Of a stretch of 32,000 nucleotides of DNA, positions 17,665 through 26,729 are shown in pieces; within the stretch, counting starts at the first letter, position 1, and each line of letters starts with the position of its first letter. The notes beneath the pieces were generated by a model. That model saw only the letters and a list, made by a program, of their open reading frames with translations. It made no database searches and was not told where the DNA came from. The DNA is from Planctomycetales bacterium. Its GTDB lineage: Bacteria > 4484-113 > JAFGCY01. The position numbers were made by a program, and so were the translations under genes. Location: assembly GCA_022646745.1 (NCBI GenBank), contig CP060262.1, positions 2,610,001 through 2,642,000 on the forward strand, in the 5' to 3' direction.

Positions 17665-19305
17665 TCACCACAGGCCGCTCTGCTCGATCAGGTCGTACTG
17701 GGCGCTGCGCTCGACCGTGCCTGCGGACATCGGCAGGTTGATCTGCATCAGCGCTTCCGTTTCGTCGTCGAACTGCGGCCAGTCCAGCAGGCCATCCGCG
17801 TTCGGGTTGCCGGACCTGGCGAAGTTGCAGAGGTAATCCCCGATCCGCTCGGAAAGCAGTTCGCTGCCCCGTCCATACGCAAGCTTGATCGGGAATGTGC
17901 CGAAGAAGTAGGGCAGTTCTGAGCCATGGAACGTGCCGACACCGGTCAGGCGGGCCGCCGGGCTTTCATAGTCAAAGCGGTACAGCCAGCTTTCAGCACC
18001 GATTGCCTGCATGCTGCCCACGATCTCCCGAGCCCCTGCGCCAAATCCGTCACTGATGAAGCTTGTCAGTTGTGACAATGCCAGCTCCGTATCAGTCGCG
18101 GGGTAAAGATTGACGGCAAGCGACGCATGGATGCCAAAGATGCCGGCCATCATGTTTTCATACTGGTTGAGGCTGCGGAAGCGAAGACCGAGGGTGAACA
18201 TTCCCCCTTCGTTACGCAGCGAGCCCGCCATGACGGGAATCCTGGCCTGCCTGCCCGCAGCAAATACTTCGGCCGGACTTTCCTGCAGCACATAGCCGTC
18301 AATGCAGATACTGTCGTCCATCGACATCATGTTCACAATGTCAAAGTCCGTTCGCATGGGAGACACGTTGCCAGAGCCCTGGATCTCTTTCCAGTCGACA
18401 CTGCGCAGTGCTGGAAAACCTTCCAGTCCAAGACGATCCAGGTTGCGACTGACCCAGTTCTCCCCAATCTCCTGCATGCTCTGCAGGCCGTTACGCGGAC
18501 TGTCCAGTAATCGCAGCCTGTCCGGGGCTCCTCCACTCATCACGATCGCCTTGTCGAACAGGCCCTCCGCCAGGGGACTGCTCATCAGTACACAGATGCT
18601 GACTGCCCCGGCGGACTCACCCATCAGGGTTACGTTCCCCGGATTACCACCAAATTGCCGGATGTTCTCTTCCACCCACTTAAGCGCTGCTATCTGGTCC
18701 AGCAGGCCATAGTTTCCGCTGCTGCCTGTGTCAGATTCATCGCTTAGCTCCGGATGCGCGAGGAAGCCGAGCACACCGAGCCTGTAATTAAAGGTAACCA
18801 CCACATTGCCCTTGGCCGCGAAGGCGCTGCCGTCATAAACGGACTGGCTGGCGCTGCCGTAGCGGAATGCCCCGCCATGTATGAACACGATTACCGGCAG
18901 GTCCCGCTGTTCCACATCCGGAGTCCAGACATTCAGGTAGAGGCAGTCCTCCGACTGCTCCCCCACATCGGCAAACAGCAGGTTGAAAGGCTGGGGGCAG
19001 GACGGGCCGAACTCCACTGCTGGGCGGATGTCGTCCCAGCCAGGAGCGGCCTGTGGAGCCTTCCAGCGTAAATCTCCAATTGGTGCCGCGGCATAGGGAA
19101 CACCGAGAAACAGTTGGCTGATTTCATTGCTTGTTCCCTGCAGCTTCCCCTGGGCAATCTCCACGACTGGACCGCTCGGTGTTTCATCTTCCTGCGCCAT
19201 GGCAGACAGTGGAAACAGCAGTAGGCAGGACAGGGCAAACAAAGCAAGCACGACGCGGTGGTTGCATTCAGGCTGACTTGACCGATTGGAACCGATGTTT
19301 AGCAT
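17665..19305 (-). CDS. secreted type-B carboxylesterase (para-nitrobenzyl esterase / lipase family)
   Basis: 546 aa with a signal peptide ending SAMA|QED. Both family signatures are present: EDCLYLNVWTP, and the serine site FGGNPGNVTLMGESAGA. Confidence 0.9.
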   Translation of the reverse strand: MLNIGSNRSSQPECNHRVVLALFALSCLLLFPLSAMAQEDETPSGPVVEIAQGKLQGTSNEISQLFLGVPYAAAPIGDLRWKAPQAAPGWDDIRPAVEFGPSCPQPFNLLFADVGEQSEDCLYLNVWTPDVEQRDLPVIVFIHGGAFRYGSASQSVYDGSAFAAKGNVVVTFNYRLGVLGFLAHPELSDESDTGSSGNYGLLDQIAALKWVEENIRQFGGNPGNVTLMGESAGAVSICVLMSSPLAEGLFDKAIVMSGGAPDRLRLLDSPRNGLQSMQEIGENWVSRNLDRLGLEGFPALRSVDWKEIQGSGNVSPMRTDFDIVNMMSMDDSICIDGYVLQESPAEVFAAGRQARIPVMAGSLRNEGGMFTLGLRFRSLNQYENMMAGIFGIHASLAVNLYPATDTELALSQLTSFISDGFGAGAREIVGSMQAIGAESWLYRFDYESPAARLTGVGTFHGSELPYFFGTFPIKLAYGRGSELLSERIGDYLCNFARSGNPNADGLLDWPQFDDETEALMQINLPMSAGTVERSAQYDLIEQSGLW

Positions 19306-19408
19306 ATCGTCACTCGCAGGACGCTACCTGCTTACAGTCTGACACTGGGTTCAGACGCTGCGTTCATGGGTTGGAGCCTGATTGTTTCTTACAGTCAGTT
19401 ACCTTAGA

Positions 19409-19417
19409 TGGTATATT
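19409..19417 (+). promoter_or_regulatory. candidate extended -10 element (TGgTATATT) for the 19454 gene
   Basis: TG-N-TATATT lies 37 nt upstream of the GTG start, and GGAG lies at 19444-19447. I found no convincing -35 element. Confidence 0.3.
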
Positions 19418-19453
19418 AACTCTGACTTCATCTTGTAAAGACCGGAGAAAATC

Positions 19454-21493
19454 GTGCTGCGTAAGCTCGCATTCGGACACATCACTTTTCTGATCATCAC
19501 AAGCCTGCTGCTACTGGGCATCAACAGCTGCGGATCAGGCCAGGGACAGCTTGAGGGCCAGATTGCAAGCCAGCCCGAAACCACAGACATTTCCCTTGCG
19601 GAATCCACCCAGTCAACCCCGCTGTTCAATATCGGCGGAATCGACGGACTTGACCGGCAGGTCAACTACACCGATGCCGATCGCCTGATTCCCGGCTCGG
19701 ATTTCGCCACGGCATTGCCCAACTCGCGTGTGGTTGCCAGTGGCACTTCAGCTGAGTTCGCTCCTGAATTCGCCCCTGACCTTGATCCGTCCCTGTTGAA
19801 TCCCGCATACTGCGTCTACGTGTTCAACCTGGGTGATTACGATCAGGAGATCCAGCTTGTGTTTGGCGTGTCCGATCCACCGGCGACGGAGGAGGACCTC
19901 TACTTCGGCATCGCCAACTATGCCACTGGCCGCTGGGAATGGCGACAGAGTGACGGCAGCCGCACGCTGTCCCTGACTGAGTACACGAACTACATCAGCC
20001 CCGCCGGCCACATCTTCTTCACCGTGGCTATGACCGGCATTGAGACCGGCAATGTGGATTTCGTCCGGATCGGTACAGGCTTCCCACCCTCGGGATCCCT
20101 GCTGGCGGATGTGACCATCGGCCCCTATCCGCTGACCGTCAACTTCACAGCCAACTTTGTTGATACCGATGGCTACTTCGCGGAGTACCAGTGGGATTTT
20201 GATAACAACGGCGTGATCGATGAGACGACGACCGAGCCGACCCTCGAGCATGTGTTTGAGGTGCCGGGCACTTACATCACACGAGTGCATGCGGTTGACA
20301 ATGACGGGATGGAGGGCACGAACTTCCGCACCATCAACGTCACCGGTGTGCTTCCCCCGAACCCCCCGGAGAATGTCCAGGCAAGCGATGGCACCTATGG
20401 TGGCATCGTGCACATCAGCTGGGATGACCCCAGCAGCGGCATCAACCCTAAGGGCTATGAGATCTTCCGTGCCGATACTGAAAACGGGAGCTATACCTCC
20501 ATCGGTGCGGTCAGCTTCGCCTTCAAGTCCTTTGATGACGATACCGTCTCCGACCAGACCGTCTACTGGTACTACGTCCGCTCCCTGCATGACACCGCCG
20601 GCAACAGCGTCCCGAGCGACTCCGATGACGGCTTCATGGGAATCCTCAACCCGCCCACCGACCTGATCTGCGGGCAGGGACTGCTGCCTGACAAGATCAG
20701 CATCAGTTGGACGCATCCCGTTGATGGCGCGACACCGGAAGGTTACGACATCTTCCGCAGCCAGACCGAAGGCGGCCTCAAGGTCTTCGTTGCCGGGGTT
20801 GACTTCGTCAACTTCTACCAGGACGACTCGGTTCCCGACGGCAAGACCTATTACTACTACATCCAGAGCCGCCGCACCAATTTCAGCAACAGTGACTTCA
20901 GCGAGCCGGCGACCGGATTCGTCTCGCAGCTCCAGACCCCGACAAATGTGGCGGCCAGCGATGATGCCAGCCCGACCATCGTCACCGTGACCTGGACCCA
21001 TAGCGGTGGTTCCCAGGTCCCGGCGGGTTACAACATCTACAAGGCGAATGCCGTTGACGGTTCCTATATCAAGGTCGGCACGGTTGGCTATGAGGAGACC
21101 TGGGATGACGTCGCTGCCACGGACGGGGCGGAGTACTTCTACAAGGTCAGTGCCTACAAGGCCGGCTGGGATGAGTCAGCCCTGAGTGATCCGGATGGTG
21201 GCTATGTCGGTCTCAGTGCACCTCAGTCACTCAACGCCTCGGACGACGAGATTTTCCAGGTGACAGTTACCTGGCTGCCTCCCACGATTGGTCCGGACCC
21301 GGATGACTATGAGATCTTCCGCGCGGACACGATTGATGGAACTTATGTTTCAATCGGTACAACGGTGGACACTGTCTATGTCGATTCCGCTGTCAATGGA
21401 AACCAGGGATACTTCTACTATGCCGTATCCAGGAAGACCGGCTATGTGAACAGCCCGGCATCCAATATTGATGAAGGGTATGCGGCAGACTGA
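19454..21493 (+). CDS. lipoprotein: shared N-terminal module, a PKD domain and four tandem Fn3-like domains
   Basis: GTG start with GGAG upstream; lipobox LLLGINS|CGSG. The N-terminal module is homologous to that of the 8159 product. The PKD unit spans about 20090-20344 (YQWDFDNNG ... GTYITRVHAVDNDG). It is followed by four units of about 95 aa. Confidence 0.85.
   Translation: MLRKLAFGHITFLIITSLLLLGINSCGSGQGQLEGQIASQPETTDISLAESTQSTPLFNIGGIDGLDRQVNYTDADRLIPGSDFATALPNSRVVASGTSAEFAPEFAPDLDPSLLNPAYCVYVFNLGDYDQEIQLVFGVSDPPATEEDLYFGIANYATGRWEWRQSDGSRTLSLTEYTNYISPAGHIFFTVAMTGIETGNVDFVRIGTGFPPSGSLLADVTIGPYPLTVNFTANFVDTDGYFAEYQWDFDNNGVIDETTTEPTLEHVFEVPGTYITRVHAVDNDGMEGTNFRTINVTGVLPPNPPENVQASDGTYGGIVHISWDDPSSGINPKGYEIFRADTENGSYTSIGAVSFAFKSFDDDTVSDQTVYWYYVRSLHDTAGNSVPSDSDDGFMGILNPPTDLICGQGLLPDKISISWTHPVDGATPEGYDIFRSQTEGGLKVFVAGVDFVNFYQDDSVPDGKTYYYYIQSRRTNFSNSDFSEPATGFVSQLQTPTNVAASDDASPTIVTVTWTHSGGSQVPAGYNIYKANAVDGSYIKVGTVGYEETWDDVAATDGAEYFYKVSAYKAGWDESALSDPDGGYVGLSAPQSLNASDDEIFQVTVTWLPPTIGPDPDDYEIFRADTIDGTYVSIGTTVDTVYVDSAVNGNQGYFYYAVSRKTGYVNSPASNIDEGYAAD
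20348..21490 (+). repeat. four tandem Fn3-like coding repeats of about 95 codons
   Basis: Each unit has P.[ND][VL].AS[D] ... [IV].[IV][ST]W ... GY[EDN]I[FY][RK] ... Y[FWY]YY[VI] ... S..D.G[FY]. The units are diverged at the DNA level, so this is not a recent duplication. Confidence 0.8.
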
Positions 21494-21513
21494 TCCTGGT
21501 CCAAGCTGAAGAG

Positions 21514-21540
21514 AAAAGGCCACCCGCGGGTGGCCTTTTT
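21514..21540. terminator. bidirectional rho-independent terminator between convergent genes
   Basis: AAAA GGCCACC CGCG GGTGGCC TTTTT. This is a 7-bp GC stem flanked by an A-run and a T-run, lying between the stops at 21493 (+) and 21567 (-). Confidence 0.8.
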
Positions 21541-21566
21541 GCTTTCTATTCAAAGAGTGCCCGGAA

Positions 21567-22049
21567 TCAGGCAGACTGGTTCAGGAACTTGCGCAGCCTG
21601 TCGTCCAGCACGCTCTGCCAGGTGGTGAGGATGGAATGCTTGCTTATCTCTGCATGCTCACCGCGCTTCAACCAGGATTCATGGCGCAGCTTAAGCATGC
21701 TGCTATCCTCGCTCGGACGGTCAATCGTAAAGCACACCTCGTGCGGGAACACACCGGCGCGTGGCCGCAGGATCCTGATCCGGATCAACCTCTCCGTGAC
21801 AACCTCCGTTACCAGTCCGAGCAGTGCGCCGTCCTCACCGCCACAGGATTCCATGAACCTGCCGCCCACGGTAGGCTCAAGCCTGACTTCGGTGGTGTCG
21901 CTCAGCAGGGTGTAGGGTGCTTTCCACCACTGGCCGATTTCTGTGGTCAGTGCCCGCCAGACGGCGGACGCGGGAACGTTGAATTCGAACTCGTCCTCGA
22001 GCAGGAACTCAAACAGTTCCACTTCGGTAGATTGAAAGCGATGTGGCAT
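21567..22049 (-). CDS. SRPBCC / AHSA1-like (START superfamily) protein
   Basis: The ORF track extends this to 22310, but the extension is low-complexity and would overrun the divergent promoter and the start of the next gene. The internal ATG at 22049 (MPHRFQS..) gives 160 aa, with FEFNVPASAVWRALTTEIGQWW typical of AHSA1-like SRPBCC proteins. Confidence 0.7.
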   Translation of the reverse strand: MPHRFQSTEVELFEFLLEDEFEFNVPASAVWRALTTEIGQWWKAPYTLLSDTTEVRLEPTVGGRFMESCGGEDGALLGLVTEVVTERLIRIRILRPRAGVFPHEVCFTIDRPSEDSSMLKLRHESWLKRGEHAEISKHSILTTWQSVLDDRLRKFLNQSA

Positions 22050-22239
22050 TGGTTCATCCGATCCCGGATCCCAGCTGGGAGTGCTGATTTTAGCATTCAG
22101 GCCAGATCCACCATTTGGCGGGACAGTATGATTCCTTCGCTGGATTGGTGCAATAAAATAACAGCGTATCGAAAATAAAGCTGATCTATAAAGGTAATTA
22201 AGTGAATCAGATACGCTTGGGACGGGAGTTGATATCAGG

Positions 22240-23523
22240 ATGATTGGACATAGAAGCGGGTTTGCAGCCGTCCTGCCCATGTTGCTGGTGGGATTCACAG
22301 TCGCATGCAATGGACCGCGCTACCAGAAGGCAGAGGAAATGGATACTGCACCTGCTGCGTTCGCGGTCCGGGTGGAGAATCCACGTGAATCAACGGAAGT
22401 TGATTTCCGCGCCCCACTGTCCGGGACAGTCAGCAGCAATGGCCAGGTCCAGCTGGCCTTCCAGCTCAGCGGGAAGGTCACTGAAGTGCTGGTGGAGGAA
22501 GGCGACCACGTGCGGAAAGGCCAGGTGCTGGCTCGACTGGATGACCGCGTCTACCAGGCCCAACGCAAGCAGGCCCTGGGAGCCACGCAGCAGGCAGCGG
22601 CCCAGCTGGAAATGCTCGAAAATGGCAACCGGCCTGAGGAGATAGCCGCAGCCCAGGCTTCCCTGGACAGTGCAAAGGCGGTGCTGGAAAGGACCGGAAA
22701 GGACCGTGATCGGATCCAGCTGCTGTTCAGTCAGGGTGTTGTCAGCAGGGCTGACCTCGACGCCGTTGAGATGAGCTGGAAGCAGGCTTCCGAGTCGGTC
22801 GATGCGGCAAGCCAGCAGCTGGCAATCGCGCGACAGGGCCCCCGTGCGGAGCAGATAGACCAGGCCCGTGCCGCCGTCACAGCCGGCAGTGGCTCAGTTG
22901 ACCTAGCATCAGTACAGCTTGAATACACTCTACTCAGGGCGCCGATGGCAGGTACGCTCGTTGCCAGGCAGCTGGAGCAGGGGCAGACCGTGATGGCCGG
23001 CAGTCCCGTGATGGAGATCGCCAACCTGGAGGTGCTTGAGATCATCACGGAGATCCCTGAGGGCGACCTGCTCAGTGCTGCCATCGGCGACCAGGCAAGG
23101 GTCAGCTTTCCGGCGCGTCCGGGGCTGGAAGCACTTGCCACCATCACAACAATTGCCCCGAAGGCCAGCATGCTGACCCGGGCCTTTCCAGTTACCCTGG
23201 CAATCGAACAGGTTCCGGAGGGCATCGTAACCGGGATGGTGGCACTGGTGTCATTGTCATTCAACGAGAAACCGGGCGGGGTGGTGGTACGTGAGAATGC
23301 AATTGTTGATGGCCACGTATTCGTGGTGCAAGAGGGCAGGGCGGTTAAGACGCCTGTGCAGGTTCTGGGAGACCGTGGTGGACTGGTGTTTGTCAGCGGA
23401 GTCACGTCAGCTGACCAGGTGATTGTCAACGGGCAGCACAGGGTGGCTGATGGTGATGTGGTGCAGGTGGTTGATGCCCTGGGCATCTCGGAAATCACAG
23501 GTCTGGACAGCGAAGGCAACTGA
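22240..23523 (+). CDS. efflux RND transporter periplasmic adaptor subunit (membrane fusion protein, HlyD family)
   Basis: Lipobox GFTVA|C. It has a lipoyl-like hairpin (GKVTEVLVEEGDHVRKGQVLARLDD ... RAPMAGTLVARQLEQGQTV) and a coiled-coil segment between the two halves. It is followed 2 nt later by the pump gene. Confidence 0.9.
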   Translation: MIGHRSGFAAVLPMLLVGFTVACNGPRYQKAEEMDTAPAAFAVRVENPRESTEVDFRAPLSGTVSSNGQVQLAFQLSGKVTEVLVEEGDHVRKGQVLARLDDRVYQAQRKQALGATQQAAAQLEMLENGNRPEEIAAAQASLDSAKAVLERTGKDRDRIQLLFSQGVVSRADLDAVEMSWKQASESVDAASQQLAIARQGPRAEQIDQARAAVTAGSGSVDLASVQLEYTLLRAPMAGTLVARQLEQGQTVMAGSPVMEIANLEVLEIITEIPEGDLLSAAIGDQARVSFPARPGLEALATITTIAPKASMLTRAFPVTLAIEQVPEGIVTGMVALVSLSFNEKPGGVVVRENAIVDGHVFVVQEGRAVKTPVQVLGDRGGLVFVSGVTSADQVIVNGQHRVADGDVVQVVDALGISEITGLDSEGN

Positions 23524-23525
23524 GC

Positions 23526-26500
23526 ATGCTGATAACAAGGATCGCCGTCCGTTTCCCGACACTGACCTTCATCGCCGTTGCGCTGCTGGTGATCTGGGGG
23601 CTCGGATACTTCTTCACGATGAGCCGGCGCGAGGACCCGGAGATCACGATCCGCACAGCCCGCGTGATCACTTACTTCCCGGGGGCCATGCCGGAGGACA
23701 TTGAGCAATACATAACCAAGCCGATCGAGGATGTTGCCGCTGAACTGTCAGAGGTGAGCAACATTGAGTCAATCTCACGGTTCTCGCTTTCACTGGTGAT
23801 TGTCGAACTTGACAGTGATACGCCGGTCGAGGATGTGGCCCAGATCTGGGACCGCCTGCGAACGAAGATATCAGCGATCCGGGGCACCCTCCCGGACGGC
23901 TCAACGGAACCGGTGGTTGACGACGAATTCTTTGAAACCGCCAGCCATATCATCGCCGTCAGCGGAGAGGACTACACGCCACGTGAACTGGCCGCATATG
24001 CGGAGCGCATCCGCAAACGCATCAGCCTGCTGCCCGCAGCGGGCCGGGTGCAGATCTTCGGAGAACAGGAGGAACGCATCTGGCTGGAGTTCGACCAGCT
24101 GCGCATGGCGCGTTACAACATCAACCTCGACAGTCTGCTGAACAGCGTGCAGGGCACGAATGTGCTGATGCCCGGCGGGGAAATTGAGAGTGAAGGCAGC
24201 CGTTGGACGATTGACTCAAGCGGAGAATTCAGATCGCTGGAGGATATCCGGCGCCTGCCTGTGACGGGTGCCGGGGGGGCCGGCCAGCTGCGCATCGGCG
24301 ACCTCGGGGATGTCTACTACGGCTACGAGGATCCTACCGACCACATCATCCGCGTTGATGGCAAGCCTGCCGTACTTGTCAGCGTGGTCATGAAGAGCGG
24401 CCGCAATGTGATGCAGCTCGGAGAGCAGATCAATGCCGAGCTGGATGCGATCCGGGACAGTATCCCGGGCGACCTTGAACTGACCGTTGTGCACGACCAG
24501 CCAGAGCAGGTCGAGATCCAGATCGGCAACTTCCTCTCGAACCTGTTCTCGGGGATCCTGTTGGTGGTCGTTATCGTGTTCCTGTTCATGGGACTGCGCA
24601 CGACCATCCCGGTCGGCCTGGCGATCCCGCTGGTGCTCGTTTCATGCTTTGCGGTGATGAGCCTGATTGGCACCACGCTCCAGCAGATGAGCATCGCCGG
24701 ACTGATCATTGCGATCGGCATGCTGGTGGACAATGCCATCGTCGTCAGCGACAACGTGATGCGCTACATGGAACAGGGCATCGAGCGGCGCGAGGCCGCC
24801 ATCCAGGCCACTTCCGAGCTGGCAATGCCGATGCTCAGCAGCACATTGACGACCCTGTTCGCCTTCCTGCCGCTGGCTGCGATGCGCGCGGAATCTGGCG
24901 AGTTCGTGCGGGACATCCCGGTGACGGTGAGCATTGCCATCCTGATGAGCTACTTCATCGCGTTGACTGTCACGCCTGCACTGTGCAGCATGCTGATCCG
25001 TCCGGGTGGCGGAGTGATGAACAGCCGGCCGCTCGGTCCACTGATGAACTGGCTTGAGGCGGTCTACCGCCCCGTGCTGGCCTGGACGCAGCGTAACAGG
25101 ATCGTCACCGGGGCAATCGTGACCGTGACCTTCATCGGCAGCCTGGCAATGTTCCCGCTGCTCGGAGTGCAGTTCTTCCCCTCCGCTGACCGCAACCAGT
25201 TCAGCATTGACCTGTACATGCCGGAAGGCACGCCGATCAGCGAAACCGAACAGGCCGTGAAGGCAATGGAGCGTGTGCTTGACCAGCACCCCGGTGTGAC
25301 GACCTACATGGCATCCATTGGCCGCGGTGGGCCGATGTACTACTACAACCGTGTGCCCGGCTCACTGGCGTCATGGTACGGCGAGTTCCTTGTCAACACC
25401 GTTGACCGCGCCGAGACCCGCAGCCTGGTGCCGGAGCTGCGCCGTGAGGCCCAGCAGCGTGTGCCGGGTGCAAATGTGATCATCCGTGCGCTGGAGCAGG
25501 GCCCGCCGGTAGGTTCCCCGATCCAGATCAAGGTCCGCGGCGAGAACCTGGAGGAGCTGCGCGGGATCGGCAACGAGATCCAGGATATCCTGGCGGACAC
25601 CCGGGATGTGATCGACATCCGTGACAGCTTCGGCGTTGCCAGCCGGCACCTTGAGCTGGTGGTTGATGAAAGCCAGCTGCGGGCGATCGGCATGACCAGG
25701 CGCGACATCAACCGGGTGACGCTGATCAACACCAGCGGCCTGGAGGTCACTGAATACCGAGCACCGAGCCGCACGATCCCGGTCGTGATGAGGGTCAAGG
25801 GAGAGCGGCGCGATTCCGCCACCGACCTCAACACCTTCTACCTGCATGCCGGCCCGGGATTCCAGCCCGTTCCACTCAGTTCCGTGGCACATTACGAATC
25901 CCGCCATGTGATCAGCGAGATCAGCCGCACGGACCGTGAACGGGAACTGACAGTCAGCGCGAACCTCGCCAACAGCAGGCTGGCCAGTGATGCCCTGAAG
26001 GACATCAAGCCCAGACTTGATGCGCTTGAGATGGCCCCTGGTTACAGGATTGTGATCAGCGGTGAGGCCGAGGAAAGCGGTGAGGCCTTCGCCGGGCTGG
26101 GCAGCGGCAGTGTGGTGGCACTGTTGCTGATCATCCTCGTGCTGGTAGCCCAGTTCCGCAGCATCCGCATCGCCATGGTGGTATTCATTGCAATACCCCT
26201 GTCCCTGATCGGGGCGATCCTCGGCCTGTATGTCAGTGGCTGGCCATTCGGCTTCACAGCCGGCCTCGGCCTGATTTCGCTGGCCGGCATCGTTGTCAAC
26301 AACAGCATCGTGCTGATGGACTTCATCATGGAACGGCTGCGACAGGGACAGGATATGGAGGAAGCGATAGTAAAGGCAGGTGAAAGGCGCCTGCGCCCGA
26401 TCATCCTTACCACTGCAACTACCATCGGTGGCCTGTTGCCACTGGGACTGTGGGGCGGCAGTATGTGGGCACCGATGGCCTGGGTGATCATTGGCGGACT

Positions 26501-26597
26501 GGTTGTCGGCACGGGATTGACCCTGATCGTGGTACCGATGATCTTCCGCACAATGGCCGGCAGCCGGGCACTCGAGATAGTTCAGCAAGACCGGTAA
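23526..26597 (+). CDS. efflux RND transporter permease subunit (AcrB/HAE family)
   Basis: 1023 aa. The architecture is two halves, each with six TM helices and a large periplasmic loop. Its position next to the adaptor gene supports the call. Confidence 0.93.
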   Translation: MLITRIAVRFPTLTFIAVALLVIWGLGYFFTMSRREDPEITIRTARVITYFPGAMPEDIEQYITKPIEDVAAELSEVSNIESISRFSLSLVIVELDSDTPVEDVAQIWDRLRTKISAIRGTLPDGSTEPVVDDEFFETASHIIAVSGEDYTPRELAAYAERIRKRISLLPAAGRVQIFGEQEERIWLEFDQLRMARYNINLDSLLNSVQGTNVLMPGGEIESEGSRWTIDSSGEFRSLEDIRRLPVTGAGGAGQLRIGDLGDVYYGYEDPTDHIIRVDGKPAVLVSVVMKSGRNVMQLGEQINAELDAIRDSIPGDLELTVVHDQPEQVEIQIGNFLSNLFSGILLVVVIVFLFMGLRTTIPVGLAIPLVLVSCFAVMSLIGTTLQQMSIAGLIIAIGMLVDNAIVVSDNVMRYMEQGIERREAAIQATSELAMPMLSSTLTTLFAFLPLAAMRAESGEFVRDIPVTVSIAILMSYFIALTVTPALCSMLIRPGGGVMNSRPLGPLMNWLEAVYRPVLAWTQRNRIVTGAIVTVTFIGSLAMFPLLGVQFFPSADRNQFSIDLYMPEGTPISETEQAVKAMERVLDQHPGVTTYMASIGRGGPMYYYNRVPGSLASWYGEFLVNTVDRAETRSLVPELRREAQQRVPGANVIIRALEQGPPVGSPIQIKVRGENLEELRGIGNEIQDILADTRDVIDIRDSFGVASRHLELVVDESQLRAIGMTRRDINRVTLINTSGLEVTEYRAPSRTIPVVMRVKGERRDSATDLNTFYLHAGPGFQPVPLSSVAHYESRHVISEISRTDRERELTVSANLANSRLASDALKDIKPRLDALEMAPGYRIVISGEAEESGEAFAGLGSGSVVALLLIILVLVAQFRSIRIAMVVFIAIPLSLIGAILGLYVSGWPFGFTAGLGLISLAGIVVNNSIVLMDFIMERLRQGQDMEEAIVKAGERRLRPIILTTATTIGGLLPLGLWGGSMWAPMAWVIIGGLVVGTGLTLIVVPMIFRTMAGSRALEIVQQDR

Positions 26598-26729
26598 TCC
26601 GCATAGGGTTGCGACTAGACCATGCAAGCAGGATCTGGTCTGCTAATCGGGTGACAATTCAGCCCATAACGTACAATCAGGCCATATGGCAAATAGCGGA
26701 TTTCGGATGGCTGGAATGCGGGGCGCTGC

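Noticed and set aside
8159-21493. Diversity-generating retroelement or phase-variable surface-protein locus
   Set aside because: I found no reverse transcriptase ORF, template/variable repeat pair, invertase, inverted-repeat-flanked promoter or simple-sequence tract. The coding repeats are diverged at the DNA level.
22050-22310. N-terminal 87-aa extension of the SRPBCC ORF as listed (21567..22310)
   Set aside because: The extension crosses the AT-rich divergent promoter spacer and overlaps the start of the RND adaptor gene. The domain begins right after the internal ATG at 22049.
22240-26597. RND adaptor and pump without an outer-membrane factor gene, as something unusual
   Set aside because: Two-gene RND operons that use an unlinked outer-membrane channel are common, so this is not informative on its own.
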